A DNA stretch of 64,000 nucleotides from Eledone cirrhosa (Eukaryota): NCBI GenBank assembly GCA_964016885.1, contig OZ024764.1, positions 4,154,001 to 4,218,000 of the forward strand. Direction: 5' to 3'. The position numbers and the translations under genes were made by a program. The stretch's first letter is position 1, and each line of letters begins with the position of its first letter. Below are positions 26,166 to 41,292 of this stretch, piece by piece. The notes below the pieces were generated by a model. The model searched no databases, had not been told where the DNA came from, and saw nothing but the letters and a program-made list of their open reading frames with translations.

Positions 26166-26217
26166 ACTATATCTATATATATGTGTGTGTGTGTATGTAT
26201 ATATATGTGTATGTATA

Positions 26218-26280
<63 letters not shown>

Positions 26281-26282
<2 letters not shown>

Positions 26283-26604
26283 GATATTAACAAATGGAAA
26301 CTATATTTATAAAACCATATCTATTTCATTATACATATTTCAAGGATACCATGTTAAATTATGGTGTGCCTTCATCAGACAAAATACAATATATACCAGT
26401 TTTATAAATAAACATTGACGTACCCTTTCAAAGTGCAACCGTTATTTTTGGAAGACATCAGGATAGTCAATGTTTATTTATAAAACTGGTATATATTGTA
26501 TTTTGTCTGATGAAGGCATACCATAATTTAACATGGTGTCCTTGAAATATGTATAATGAAATAAATATGGTTTTATAAATATAGTTTCCATTTATTAATA
26601 TCGT
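26281..26604. repeat. Long inverted repeat (~139-bp arms, ~46-bp spacer) of family B
   Basis: acgatattaa...aacattgac and gtcaatgtt...ttaatatcgt. Confidence 0.92.
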
Positions 26605-26690
26605 ATATCTACTCCAAATACTTCTTGAGTGCTTTATATCAGTTATAAAAATATTTGCTTGTTGTATCCCAACAATTTAAATAGAACTTT

Positions 26691-26751
<61 letters not shown>

Positions 26752-27563
26752 TAAAATAACAGATTAAAGTTTAAGCAAAGAAACGCTGCTTTCACTATTA
26801 ATCCTTATTGAGCCTTTTTCGGATTTTAGTCTTCAAATTTGTTATTATTGATATATATATAAATGTATATATATATGCCTATTTATGTGTATATATATGT
26901 ATATATATATATATGTATGTATATATATATATATGTATGTATATATATGTATATATATCTATGTATATAGATATATGTATATATATGCATATATATATAT
27001 GTATGTATATGCATATTTATATATATATATATAAATATATATATATATGTATGTATATATATGCATATTTATATATATATGTATATATATGCATATTTAT
27101 ATATATATATATATATATGCATATTTATTTATATATATATATGTATATATATGCATATTTATATAAATATATATATATATATATGTATGTATATATATGC
27201 ATATTTATATATATATGTATATATATACATATTTATATATATATATATATGTATATATATGCATATTTATATATATATATATATATGCATATTTATATAT
27301 ATATATAAATATATATATATATGTATGTATATATATGCATATTTATATATATATGTATATATATGCATATTTATATATATATATATATATATGCATATTT
27401 ATTTATATATATATATGTATATATATGCATATTTATATAAATATATATATATATATATGTATGTATATATATGCATATTTATATATATATGTATATATAT
27501 ACATATTTATATATATATATATATGTATATATATGCATATTTATATATATATATATATATGCA

Positions 27564-27604
<41 letters not shown>

Positions 27605-27673
27605 ATATATGCATATATGTATATGCATATTTATATATATATATGTATGTATATATATATGCATATATGTATA

Positions 27674-27719
<46 letters not shown>

Positions 27720-27781
27720 TTGCTTTATATCAATTATAAAAATATTTTCTTGTTGTATCCCAACAATTTAAATAGAACTTC

Positions 27782-27843
<62 letters not shown>

Positions 27844-27857
27844 TTGCGAGGTTCTTG

Positions 27858-27928
<71 letters not shown>

Positions 27929-27974
27929 CACTGTACACAAAAATTCCAATATCATTATTATTATTATTATTAAC

Positions 27975-28515
27975 TTTTTCAAATTTCATCTGAAAAGAAA
28001 AATCAGGGTAGAGAGGGAAGTGCTCTCTTTCCAGCATTTTGTTGAAAGATGGGTGAGAGAAGCAAGTATGGCCCGAGTGAATGGGCCTACTCTGAGTATG
28101 TGTCTGTAAATTAAAGGTGGAAAACTGGGAGAGGGCACTTGCCCTGGTGGTCAGGATCACTGTGTCCTTTTAATGGGCTTTCTCCACAAATGTCCCTCCG
28201 AAGTCTCCCCCCATTGGGGAATTTTTCATTGTTATTTTTTTGTTACATCCTCTGTTTTTATTTTTTTTTACACGCAGAAATGCCCATTTGTACCGTCCTG
28301 TATTGTCCTTAATGTCTACTTTATGTAAACCCTTGTGGTTAATAAAGAAATCATTATTATTATTGGGGAATTTTTCATTGTTATTTTTTTGTTACATCCT
28401 TTTTTTTTGTTTTTTATGCGCAGAAATGCCCATTTGTACCGTCCTGCATTGTCCTGTACTGTCTTTAATGTCTACTTTATGTAAACCCTTGTGGTTAATA
28501 AAGAAATCATTATTA
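27975..28515 (+). mobile_element. Probable L1/Tx1-like LINE 3' end with duplicated terminal segment
   Basis: [35 protein letters not shown]...CL*, then a UTR ending aataaagaaatc(att)n; the terminal ~150 bp is duplicated. Confidence 0.5.
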
Positions 28516-28740
28516 GGGCGGTGGATTGGCAGTATCGGTAGAAGGTCGGACGCTATGCTTTGCAGAGTTACGGCCCTTTACGTACGGTCTGAGTTCAAAT
28601 CCCGCCGAGGTAAACTTTGCCTTTCATCCTTACGGGGTCGATAAAATAAAGTACCAGTAATGTACTGGAATAATTGCTGGCCTTGTGCCAATAGTAGAAA
28701 TAATAATAATAATAATTATTATTATTATTATTATTATTAT
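28516..28740 (+). mobile_element. SINE family B
   Basis: Matches 11475-11672. Confidence 0.88.
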
Positions 28741-28778
28741 CAGCCCTTGTGGCCAATAAAGAAATCATTATTATTATT

Positions 28779-29302
28779 CTTTGTTAAGTTATGTTCCAAA
28801 CACCAACAGTGTCTATCAGTAGAAATATGGTAATGAAAGGGTTAAAGTGTTTATATTTATCTAAAAACGTTCCATCATAAGTTTATGTAAGAACCTTTGT
28901 TAAGTTATGTTCCAAACACCAACAGTGTCTATCAGTAGAAATATGGCAATGAAAGGGTTAAAGTGTTTATATTTATCTAAAAACGTTCCATCATAATTTT
29001 ATGTAAGAACCTTTGTTAAGTTATGTTCCAAACACCAACAGTGTCTTTCATTAGAAATATGGCAATGAAAGGGTTTAAGTGTTTATATTTATCTAAAAAC
29101 CTTCCATCATAGTTTTATGTAAGTCCCTTTGTTAAGTTATGTTCCAAACACCAACAGTGTCTTTCATTAGAAATATGGCAATGAAAGGGTTAAAGTGTTT
29201 ATATTTATCTAAAAACTTTCCATCATAGTTTTATGTAAGTCCCTTTGTTAAGTTATGTTCCAAACACCAACAGTGTCTATCATTAGAAACATGGTAATGA
29301 AA
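28779..29302. repeat. 116-bp tandem repeat, array 1
   Basis: ttgttaag at 28781, 28897 and 29013. Confidence 0.95.
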
Positions 29303-29742
29303 GTACCAGTAATTCACTGGGTATTTGCTGGCCTTGTGCCTAACGTAGAAACAATTATTATTATTATGATTATTATTATATATTTATATACACATACACA
29401 CCTTTACAATCAAATGTACCACACACAGCGACAGAGGAAGAAAAAAATTGTCATAGAACCAACCTGTAGAGAGATTCTTCAGTAGATAACATAGATTGGT
29501 GTGATGGTAGTAGCAGTGATGGGGTGGTCCTCTCAGTAGTATATTTACTATAGTTACTGTTGCTGCTGCTGTTGTTGTTGGTGGTGATGGTGATGGAATC
29601 TTTGTAATAATCTCAGCTTTTATGATGATGATGATGATGGTGGTATATATGATATGATATGATATATTTTGCTTAATCTTTTTTCACACTAAAACCACAG
29701 CCAGAAAACCACTCCTGGTTCTGATAGAAAACTGTTTGTTTG

Positions 29743-30345
29743 AAAGTGTTTATATTTATCTAAAAACCTTCCATCATAATTTTATGTAAGTCCCTTTGTT
29801 AAGTTATGTTCCAAACACCAACAGTGTCTATCAGTAGAAATATGGCAATGAAAGGGTTAAAGTGTTTATATTTATCTAAAAACCTTCCATCATAGTTTTA
29901 TGTAAGTCCCTTTGTTAAGTTATGTTCCAAACACCAACAGTGTCTATCATTAGAAATATGGTAATGAAAGGGTTAAAGTGTTTATATTTATCTAAAAACC
30001 TTCCATCATAATTTTATGTAAGAACCTTTGTTAAGTTATGTTCCAAACACCAACAGTGTCTTTCATTAGAAATATGGTAATGAAAGGGTTAAAGTGTTTA
30101 TATTTATCTAAAAACCTTCCATCATAATTTTATGTAAGAACCTTTGTTAAGTTATGTTCCAAACACCAACAGTGCCTTTCATTAGAAATATGGTAATGAA
30201 AGGGTTAAAGTGTTTATATTTATCTAAAAACCTTCCATCATAATTTTCTGTAAGAACCTGTGTTAAGTTATGTTCCCGACACTAACTTAATATCAAGAAA
30301 GTTGGCTTCTTACTTAATTTCCTTCTTTAAAAATATGGTAAGAGA
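29743..30345. repeat. 116-bp tandem repeat, array 2, running into a MITE-like end
   Basis: Same unit; each copy contains agaaatatggtaatgaaagggttaa. Confidence 0.93.
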
Positions 30346-30611
30346 CTGCTTAATTATCCCAGGTGCTCATTATAACGATAACGATGATTAGGGCAGTAAT
30401 GATGATGATGATGATGGCAATTGTTGTGACAGTTATTGTTACATTCTCTCTCTTCTCTCTAGTTACCGTAGTAACCGTTGGTGGCGGTGTAGGCTGCTGC
30501 TGTTGTTGTTGTTGTTGTTGTTCCTGTGGCTTGTTTGGTAATCCTTCGTTTGGCATCACCAATATTTGGAATAAAGCAAATAAAGAAAAACCAAATTACT
30601 TCTGTATATGT

Positions 30612-31055
30612 CATCTCTCTTTCTCTCTCTCTCTCTCTCACTCTCTTTCTACCCCCCCCCCCTTTCACTGTCTGTCTCTCTTCCTATCTCTCTCTCTTCC
30701 TCTTTCCCTCTCTTTCTTACTCTCTGCCTGTCTCTTTCCCTCTCTTTCTTACTCTCTGCCTGTCTCTTTCTTACTCTCTGCCTGTCTCTTTCCCTCTCTT
30801 TCTTACTCTCTGCCTGTCTCTTTCCCTCTCTTTCTTACTCTCTGCCTGTCTCTTTCTTACTCTCTGCCTGTCTCTTTCCCTCTCTTTCTTACTCTCTGTC
30901 TGTCTTCCTTTCTCCCTTCTCTTTCTCTCTCTCTCTCTCTTCCTCTTTCCCTCTCTATTCTAACACACACAATCTCTCTCTCAGAGTAAAGATTAAGAGC
31001 TGTGCTGCTGTTGTGGAAGTGCATGTATGTATGTGTGTGTATATATATATATATA

Positions 31056-31111
<56 letters not shown>

Positions 31112-31303
31112 CATGTGTGTGTATGTGTGTGTGTATATATATATGTGTGTGTGTATGTGAGTGTGTATCTGTGTGTACACGTGTGTGCGTGTTTGTGTGT
31201 GTATCTGTGTATGTGTGTGTGTATATATATATATATATATGTTTGTATGTGAGTGTGTGTATCTGTGTGTATGTGTGTGTGCATGTGTGCGTGTGTATCT
31301 GTA

Positions 31304-31336
<33 letters not shown>

Positions 31337-32248
31337 GTGTGTGTATCTGTGTGTGTGTATGTGTGCATGTGTGTGCGAGTTTGTGTGTGTATCTGTGTAT
31401 GTGTGTGTATATATATATGTGTATGTGTGTATGTGTGTGTGTATATATATATATATGTGTGTGTATGTGAGTGTGTGTATCTATGTGTGCGTGTTTGTGT
31501 GTGTATCTGTATGTGTGTGTATATATATATATATATATGTGTGTGTATATATATATATGTGTGTGTGTATGTGAGTGTGTATCTGTGTGTGTATGTGTGT
31601 GTGCATGTGTGTGCGCGTTTGTGTGTGTGTATATATATATATGTGTGTGTGTATGTGAGTGTGTGTATCTGTATGTGTGTGTGTGCGAGTTTGTGTGTGT
31701 ATCTGTGTATGTGTGTGTATATATATATGTGTATGTGTGTATGTGTGTGTGTATATGTGTGTGTGTGTGATGGGGAGGATGGTGGGCGGAGCAAGCGGAT
31801 GCTTAAGTGTGTAACACTTTCATGCTGTGTATATATATATATATATATATTTATTTAATGTAATATGATATATATATATGTGTATGTATGTATATATATA
31901 TATATTATACATAATATATATAGTATATATATATATATAAATATATATATATAATAAATATTGTTTTATTTATAATATGTATATATATATATATATATAC
32001 TATATATATACACTCACACATATATATATATATATTATATATATATATAATAGATATATATGTGTATTTATATATATATATATATTATATGTATGTATAT
32101 ATATATACAATATTTATATGTGTGTATTTATCTATATATATATATATTATATATGTATATTTATATATGCATATATATTATTTATGCATATATATTATAT
32201 ATGTATATATATTATATATGTATGTATGTATATATATGTGTATATATG

Positions 32249-32284
<36 letters not shown>

Positions 32285-32636
32285 ATATCTCTATATATAT
32301 ATAGATATATTTATATATATATTATATACATATATTTATATATGTATATATTATATATATATATTTATATATATATATATACATATATATGTATATATTA
32401 TATATATATATTTATATATATATATATACATAATATATATATATATACATATATATGTACATATATATATATATATATATACACACACATACACAGATAT
32501 ATTTATATATATATTATATACATACATTTATATATGTATATATTATATATATATATTTATATATATATATATATATATATACATATATATGTATATATTA
32601 TATATATATATTTATATATATATATATTTATATATA
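30612..32636. repeat. CT-rich, (TG)n and (TA)n low-complexity field
   Basis: Direct inspection. Confidence 0.9.
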
Positions 32637-33063
32637 GTTAAAAGAATAGAGGTGTAACGGATCAGAGCAAACAGCACGGACACTCTATCTCAAAATTATT
32701 TTTGAAAAGCATTTAGAAATGCGCAACCGGTAAAAACTTAAAAACTTAAAACCACAACTGAATACTAACCCATACAATCACTAATACTCTTTTATTCCTA
32801 ATTAAACCATTTTTCAACTGTGAACAATTTGTCAGCATTTTCTATTCCGTTTACCAATATTTATATATATATACATATATATGTATATATTATATATATA
32901 TTTATATATATATATACATAATATATATATATATACATATATATGTACATATATATATATATATATATACACACACATACACAGATATATATATATATGT
33001 AAATATTTGAATATTCATATATACTCATCACTTCAAATATTTTCAATTAATGTGTGTATGTAT

Positions 33064-33408
33064 ATCATCATCATCATCATCATCATTTTACGTCCACTTT
33101 TCCCTACTTGCAAGGGTGGGACGGGAACTGATTCTGGCTTGATTTCTACAGCTGGATGCCCTTCCTAACACCAACCTCATTTACAGTGAGTGCTGGGTGC
33201 TTTTAGTTCCGTGGCACCTCTGCGACCACTTTGCAGTGGAATGATAGAGACCCCAGTCCCTATCATCTCATTTCTACAGCTGAGTAAACTGGAGCAATGT
33301 GAAATAAAGTGTCTTGCTCAAGGAAACAACACATCACCCAGTCTGAGAATTGAACTCACAACCTTTCGATTGCAAGGCCCAATGCTCTAACCACTAAGCC
33401 ATGTGCTT

Positions 33409-33411
<3 letters not shown>
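33064..33411 (-). mobile_element. SINE family A
   Basis: Near-identical to other copies. Confidence 0.9.
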
Positions 33412-33501
<90 letters not shown>

Positions 33502-33709
33502 CGTCGTTTCTGAATTTGTTTAGCAAGATTCTTTATCTGAAATCGTGTGTTGAAACCGATATTGTTATACTTTGGGAGGGTCATGTTGCCAATAAGAAAC
33601 ACACGCACCAGTTGCTTTCACTTCAATTTATTATAATAAATTTATAAATTTTTTTTATAAATTTCTGGTCGGTTGGTTGGTTCCACAACCAGATAGTTGT
33701 TTATATATT

Positions 33710-33752
33710 GTCATAGTTCTTTCGTCACACACTCTGTGACCTCTTCAGTGAC
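33710..33752 (-). ncRNA. Minimal type-I hammerhead ribozyme motif in a family-A-related repeat (33500-34000)
   Basis: GUCA CUGAAGA g GUCACA gagug UGUGAC GAAA gaac UA UGAC; perfect stems I and II, CUA triplet. Confidence 0.8.
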
Positions 33753-34236
33753 TGGGGATTCCTTTCTTTGTTTTTGTGCCTCTCCTTTGTTCTGTCCCAC
33801 GCCATTTTGTTTCTGTGTGTGTGCTGTGTGCTCAGTCTGCGCATGCGCCACATCCGGGTGTCTGTGTGTGTTTATGTTCATTTATTTATTTGTTTATTTA
33901 CATGTTACTGGTTGGTTGTTTGTTCTATGTGTGTGTGTGTATTCATTTTGTCCTTAATTGTAAGTTGTGATGTTGCTGTTCCACTCATATTTTCTATTTA
34001 ATTTTGGTTGTAATTCTTTTATGTTTATTGCCTCTGTGATTTGTCAAATCTGGTTGTCAAATTTGGTTGTAATTATTTTATGTTTATTGCCTCTGTGATT
34101 TAATTTCTTTACTCAAAATACGGCGATAGCTTACATTTATAATAATTTCAAACCCACTCGCTGTTTCGAAAATATTCCTATTTGACATTACAGTCGCTAA
34201 GTTTATAGCTTCTAATTTGAATGGAAAAAGACGGGT

Positions 34237-34308
34237 GATGTGTTGGTGTAAATGGTAGCACAGTGGTCCGGATAACCAAAGATGTGGGTTCGACTCCCAT
34301 GTACGTCA
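34237..34308 (+). ncRNA. tRNA-like cloverleaf (pseudo-tRNA or element head), 72 nt
   Basis: Acceptor GAUGUGU/GUACGUC, D stem GUGU/GCAC, anticodon stem UGGU/ACCA with non-canonical loop CCGGAUA, T stem GUGGG/CCCAU with loop UUCGACU; T5 downstream. Confidence 0.65.
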
Positions 34309-34406
34309 ATACTCATCTTTTTCCATTTCTCCGAGGGTTCTTAACCCCACTATCGGGCTAAATAATTTCTTTAATTTCTTTAGTCAAAATACGGCGATAC
34401 ATTTCT

Positions 34407-36725
<2,319 letters not shown>

Positions 36726-36891
36726 TAAATAGCTGTGTGTAGGAAAACTTTGGATGAAGTGATAAAAACTGACCTTGTTTCAGTTAACCCCACAAAGAAG
36801 ATGACAAAGGATCAGAATCTCTGTCGTCAGGTTTACTATATGCACAAAATGAAGTCCTCTCTCTCTCTCTCTCTTTATATACATATATGGA

Positions 36892-37242
36892 ATTAGTATT
36901 GCTGCTCTGAAATAGCGATGTATACAAGAATGTATGTGTAGTATATTTGGCAATATACCGTATGTTTAATTAAAAACATTTAGAAGACCACCGTACGTTA
37001 TCAGTTTCAAAGTAATGCCTATGTCACTTACTTATTCTCGGCAAAAGCAAGGAAGAGTGATCGACAGTCTGTTTCTCACTTGTTAGAGTGTATCAAGACC
37101 ACTCACCCGCATGCTTCTGCCGAGATTTATAGAAGCAGGATTCTTATAGAATTCCAGTAATAATTAAGAGCTAATTAATCAGCGGTTGGTGGTCCAGCAA
37201 AAATTAGGTATTAGCATTGGTGCTCTGAAATAGTGATGTATA
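36892..37242 (-). mobile_element. Repeat family D, about 1.15 tandem units
   Basis: Reverse complement of 21527-22500 without the CR1 insert. Confidence 0.75.
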
Positions 37243-37244
37243 TA

Positions 37245-37450
37245 TTGACATTGCACTCAGTGCTCCTTTGGGATCCCCTACATGGACACACTAGAAGAGG
37301 AAGACCAAGGTTAACGTATGTTGATGCCCTAAGGACAGACACTGGTCTATTGGAGACGCAGGACATGGCAGCGATAATGAGGGACAGAGACCGCTGGAGA
37401 GAACTCGTCCATGGATCTCGGGAATTTTACCCGCCTTAGATAGATAGATA
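37245..37450 (+). mobile_element. LINE family 3, 3' end with (ATAG)n tail
   Basis: LTLHSVLLWDPLHGHTRRGRPRLTYVDALRTDTG...EFYPP*. Confidence 0.85.
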
Positions 37451-37640
37451 TTAATTGTTTCTACTTTAGGCACAAGGCCAGCAATTACCAGTGCATTACT
37501 GGTACTTTATTTTATCGACCCCGTAAGGATGAAAGGCAAAGTCAACCTCGGCGAGATTTGAACTCAGATCGTAAAGGGACGTAACTATGCTGGAAAGCAT
37601 GGCGTCCGACACTCTACCGATACTGCCAATCCACCGCCCT
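37451..37640 (-). mobile_element. SINE family B
   Basis: Reverse complement of 11475-11672. Confidence 0.88.
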
Positions 37641-37653
37641 AGATAGATATTAA

Positions 37654-38060
37654 TGGCAATATACTGTATGTTTAATTAAAAACATTTAGAAGACCATTTG
37701 CTATGAATGTTAAAGTAGTGACTATGTCTCGGCACAAACAAAAGGGAGTAATCGACAGCCCTGTTTCTCACTTGTTAGTGTTTGTCAAGACTACATACCC
37801 CTTTGCTTCTGCTGAGATTTATAGAAACTGGATTCATAAAGAATTCCAGCGATGTTTAAGAGCTAATTAAACAGGGGTTGCCGGTCCTGCAAAAATTAGG
37901 TATTAGTTTTGTTTGCTTATGAGCGAGAAACGGTGACCGTCAATTACTCTTCTTTGTTTTTGCTGAAGCTTGGTATGTAACTATAGTCACCACTTTAAAA
38001 TTCATAGCGAATAGTCTTCAAAATTTTTTTAAATAAACATACAGTATATTGCCAAATATA
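37654..38060. mobile_element. Repeat family D with an inverted second part
   Basis: 37654-37775 and 37920-38055 are diverged inverted repeats. Confidence 0.65.
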
Positions 38061-38216
38061 TGATACATACATTCATCTATACATATGGAAAAGGCAAACA
38101 GAAATAACAAAACAAACAACACATTACAATGAAGAAATATATTAGTTTTACGCTTAATATAGTAGGGAAAGAGTCTTATCGTTTCAGACACTAGTCCTAT
38201 ATATGTATATATATAT

Positions 38217-38603
38217 GGAGGCACATGGCTTAGTGGTTAGAGCATTGGCCTTGCAATTGAAAGGTTGTGAGTTCAATCCTCAGACCGGGTGATGTGTTGT
38301 TTCCTTGAGCAAGACACTTTATTTCACATTGCTCCAGTTGACTCAGCTGTAGAAATGAGATGATAGGGACTGGGGTCCCTATCATTCCACTGCAAAGTGG
38401 TCGTGGAGGTGCCACGGCAAAAAAGCACCCAGCCCACACTGTAAAGTGGTCATGTAGGTGCCACGGCAAAAAAGCACCCAGCACTCACTGTAAATGAGGT
38501 TGGTGTTAGGAAGGGCATCCAGCTGTAGAAATCAAGCTAGAATCAGTTCCCGTCCCACCCTTGCAAGCAGGGAAAAGTGGACGTAAAATGATGATGATGA
38601 TGA
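38217..38603 (+). mobile_element. SINE family A with duplicated pseudoknot unit
   Basis: The unit gtggtc(g/a)tg...ccacggcaaaaaagcacccagc occurs twice (about 38397-38485). Confidence 0.92.
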
Positions 38604-38607
38604 TATA

Positions 38608-38805
38608 TCTATACTATAATAAAGGGAGAAGTGTGGGACTGTATCCTGAATACATTTTTTTATCCTCTTAGTAAAATAAGTTGGATTACTTTGAATAATT
38701 CATGAAAGAATATTATGTAATTTATCTACTAAATTTCGTGGCAGTTGATTAAACATAAATATTCTTATATATAAAGTATTGCTTATTTTAAGATTCGCTT
38801 AGAAG
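38608..38805 (+). mobile_element. Possible Helitron 5' terminus
   Basis: A|TCTATACTATAATAAAGGG resembles typical Helitron 5' ends; no matching 3' end is seen nearby. Confidence 0.35.
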
Positions 38806-38807
38806 GA

Positions 38808-41292
38808 TACTATAAAGGTATAAAGCTGATGGACCAGGTCATGAAAGTAACAGAAAGAGTTATAGCACAGTTGATTAGGGACCGGGTAAAACTAGATGAG
38901 ATGCAGTTTGGGTTTGTACCAGGAAAAAGCACCGCTGATGCTATCTTCCTTGTGAGGCAGTTACAGGAAAAGTACCTAGTTAAAAGTAAGCAGCTCTACC
39001 TGGTATTTGTCGATCTAGAAAAAGCTTTCGACAGAGTGCCCCGTGCTAAAATCCCCGGCATGTGTCTTTGTATTGTCCCCTTTTCTTGTGCGCACTTGTG
39101 GCAAATAAAGAAATATATATATCATCATCATCATTCTTCGACTACTGTCGAGATGATGGATCTCACTCTCATGCCCCAGAATTCCCTGTCCCCCATATAG
39201 TGTGGTTCCCTGAAGAACAGGAACCCTGGTGCAGTCAGTTGCGAAATCCATCATCTTTTCAAATATATATATATATATAAGATTCCATTTTAGATCCAGT
39301 CGTCTTCTCAACAAGAAAGATGAAAAAGCCTGCCTCAACACTTAATTTTAAATCTTTAATTTTTAATTCTTTTTAATTGTAATACTCAACATTTGATCAA
39401 ATGTTTCACACTAATACATCGAAACCGGTTATATGTATATATATATGTATATATATGTATATTCCTTGTATATGTATATGTACATATATGTATCTTCCTT
39501 GTGAGGCAGTTACAGGAAAAGTACCTAGCTAAAAGTAAGCAGCTCTACCTGGTATTTGTCGATCTAGAAAAAGCTTTCGACAGAGTGCCCCGTGCTATAA
39601 TCCCCCGCATGTGTCTTTGTATTGTCCCCTTTTCTTGTGCGCACTTGTGGCAAATAAAGAAATATATATATCATCATCATCATTCTTCGACTACTGTCGA
39701 GATGATGGATCTCACTCTCAGAAATAATGATCATTATTTCTAAAGGCAGCATATATATGTGTAGGTATGTATATTCCCTCTGATAGTTTGTAAAAATTTT
39801 ACATAGATTTATAGAATATGCATACCAACACTAACATATATATCCTAGAAACGATCGTAAAATGATGAATTTTTTAATATAAGGAACTGTTTCTTTGTTT
39901 ATTCATTATTTTATTAATTTATCTTGACTCTGTTTTCCGTTAATTTTCACCGAAAAAATTTTTTGAATACATCTTCTCTTTTCATGATATTTGGATTACA
40001 TTGAGTTCTTCATACGGATTGGACACTACCGTATATTTTGGTAGATTTATCTACATACTGTATATGTATATGTACATATATGTATCTTCCTTGTGAGGCA
40101 GTTACAGGAAAAGTACCAAGCTAAAAGTAAGCAGCTCTACCTGGTATTTGTCGATCTAGAAAAAGCTTTCGACAGAGTGCCCCGTGCTATAATCCCCCGC
40201 ATGTGTCTTTGTATTGTCCCCTTTTCTTGTGCGCACTTGTGGCAAATAAAGAAATATATATATCATCATCATCATTCTTCGACTACTGTCGAGATGATGG
40301 ATCTCACTCTCATGCCCCAGAATTCCCTGTCCCCCATATAGTGTGGTTCCCTGAAGAACAGGAACCCTGGTGCAGTCAGTTGCGAAATACATCATCTTTT
40401 CAAATATATATATATATATAAGATTCCATTTTAGATCCAGTTGTCTTCTCAACAAGAAAGATGAAAAAGCCTGCCTCAACACTTAATTTTAAATCTTTAA
40501 TTTTTAATTCTTTTTAATTGTAATACTCAACATTTGATCAAATGTTTCACACTAATACATCGAAACCGGTTATATGTATATATATATGTATATATATGTA
40601 TATTCCTTGTATATGTATATGGTATATGTACATATATGTATCTTCCTTGTGAGGCAGTTACAGGAAAAGTACCTAGCTAAAAGTAAGCCACTCTACCTGG
40701 TATGGGGAAGGTACAAATAAAATAAAAACAATAATATGCTGCTCAAAAGTTGCCAGGGGCATGTGAGGGAATTTCTTTTCGGATATTATCACAATGAGGA
40801 CACAAGCTCTAAAAAGGGGGAGTAGACTCTTACTTCATGCTCCATAATTACAGTAAGTATATATATATGTATATATATGTATATTCCTTGTATATGTATA
40901 TGTACATATATGTATCTTCCTTGTGAGGCAGTTACAGGAAAAGTACCTAGCTAAAAGTAAGCTGCTTTACCTGGTACTTGTCGATCTAGAGAAAGCCTTT
41001 GACAGAGTTCCCCGTGCTATAATCTGACGGGCTCTTAGAAAACTAGGAGTAGATGAATGGCTTGTGAAAGCCGTACAAGCCATGTATAGGGGAGCAGTCA
41101 GCAAAGTTAGGGTTAACTATGACTATAGCAGTTACACCGGGACAGTAAGCAGCAAACGGCCACAGGAAAAAAGCGCTACCAAACTCTGTGGGGGGGGGGG
41201 GCTCTCTCTGTAGGAAGAGTAGACAACTATAGGTACACAAGAGATGTAGTGGGGTCTCAAGAAGCTTAGTTAAGAATCTAGGCTTTACATGT
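38808..41292 (+). pseudogene. Fragmented RTE RT region (family related to family 1), caught in mosaic local duplications
   Basis: MDQVMKVTERVIAQLIRDRVKLDEMQFGFVPGKSTADAIFLVRQLQEKY...DLEKAFDRVP; the segment tatcttccttgtgaggcag occurs five times. Confidence 0.85.

Noticed and set aside
38942-40083. Duplication spacing of 1141 bp equals the satellite partial HOR length
   Set aside because: The sequences are unrelated, so this is treated as coincidence.
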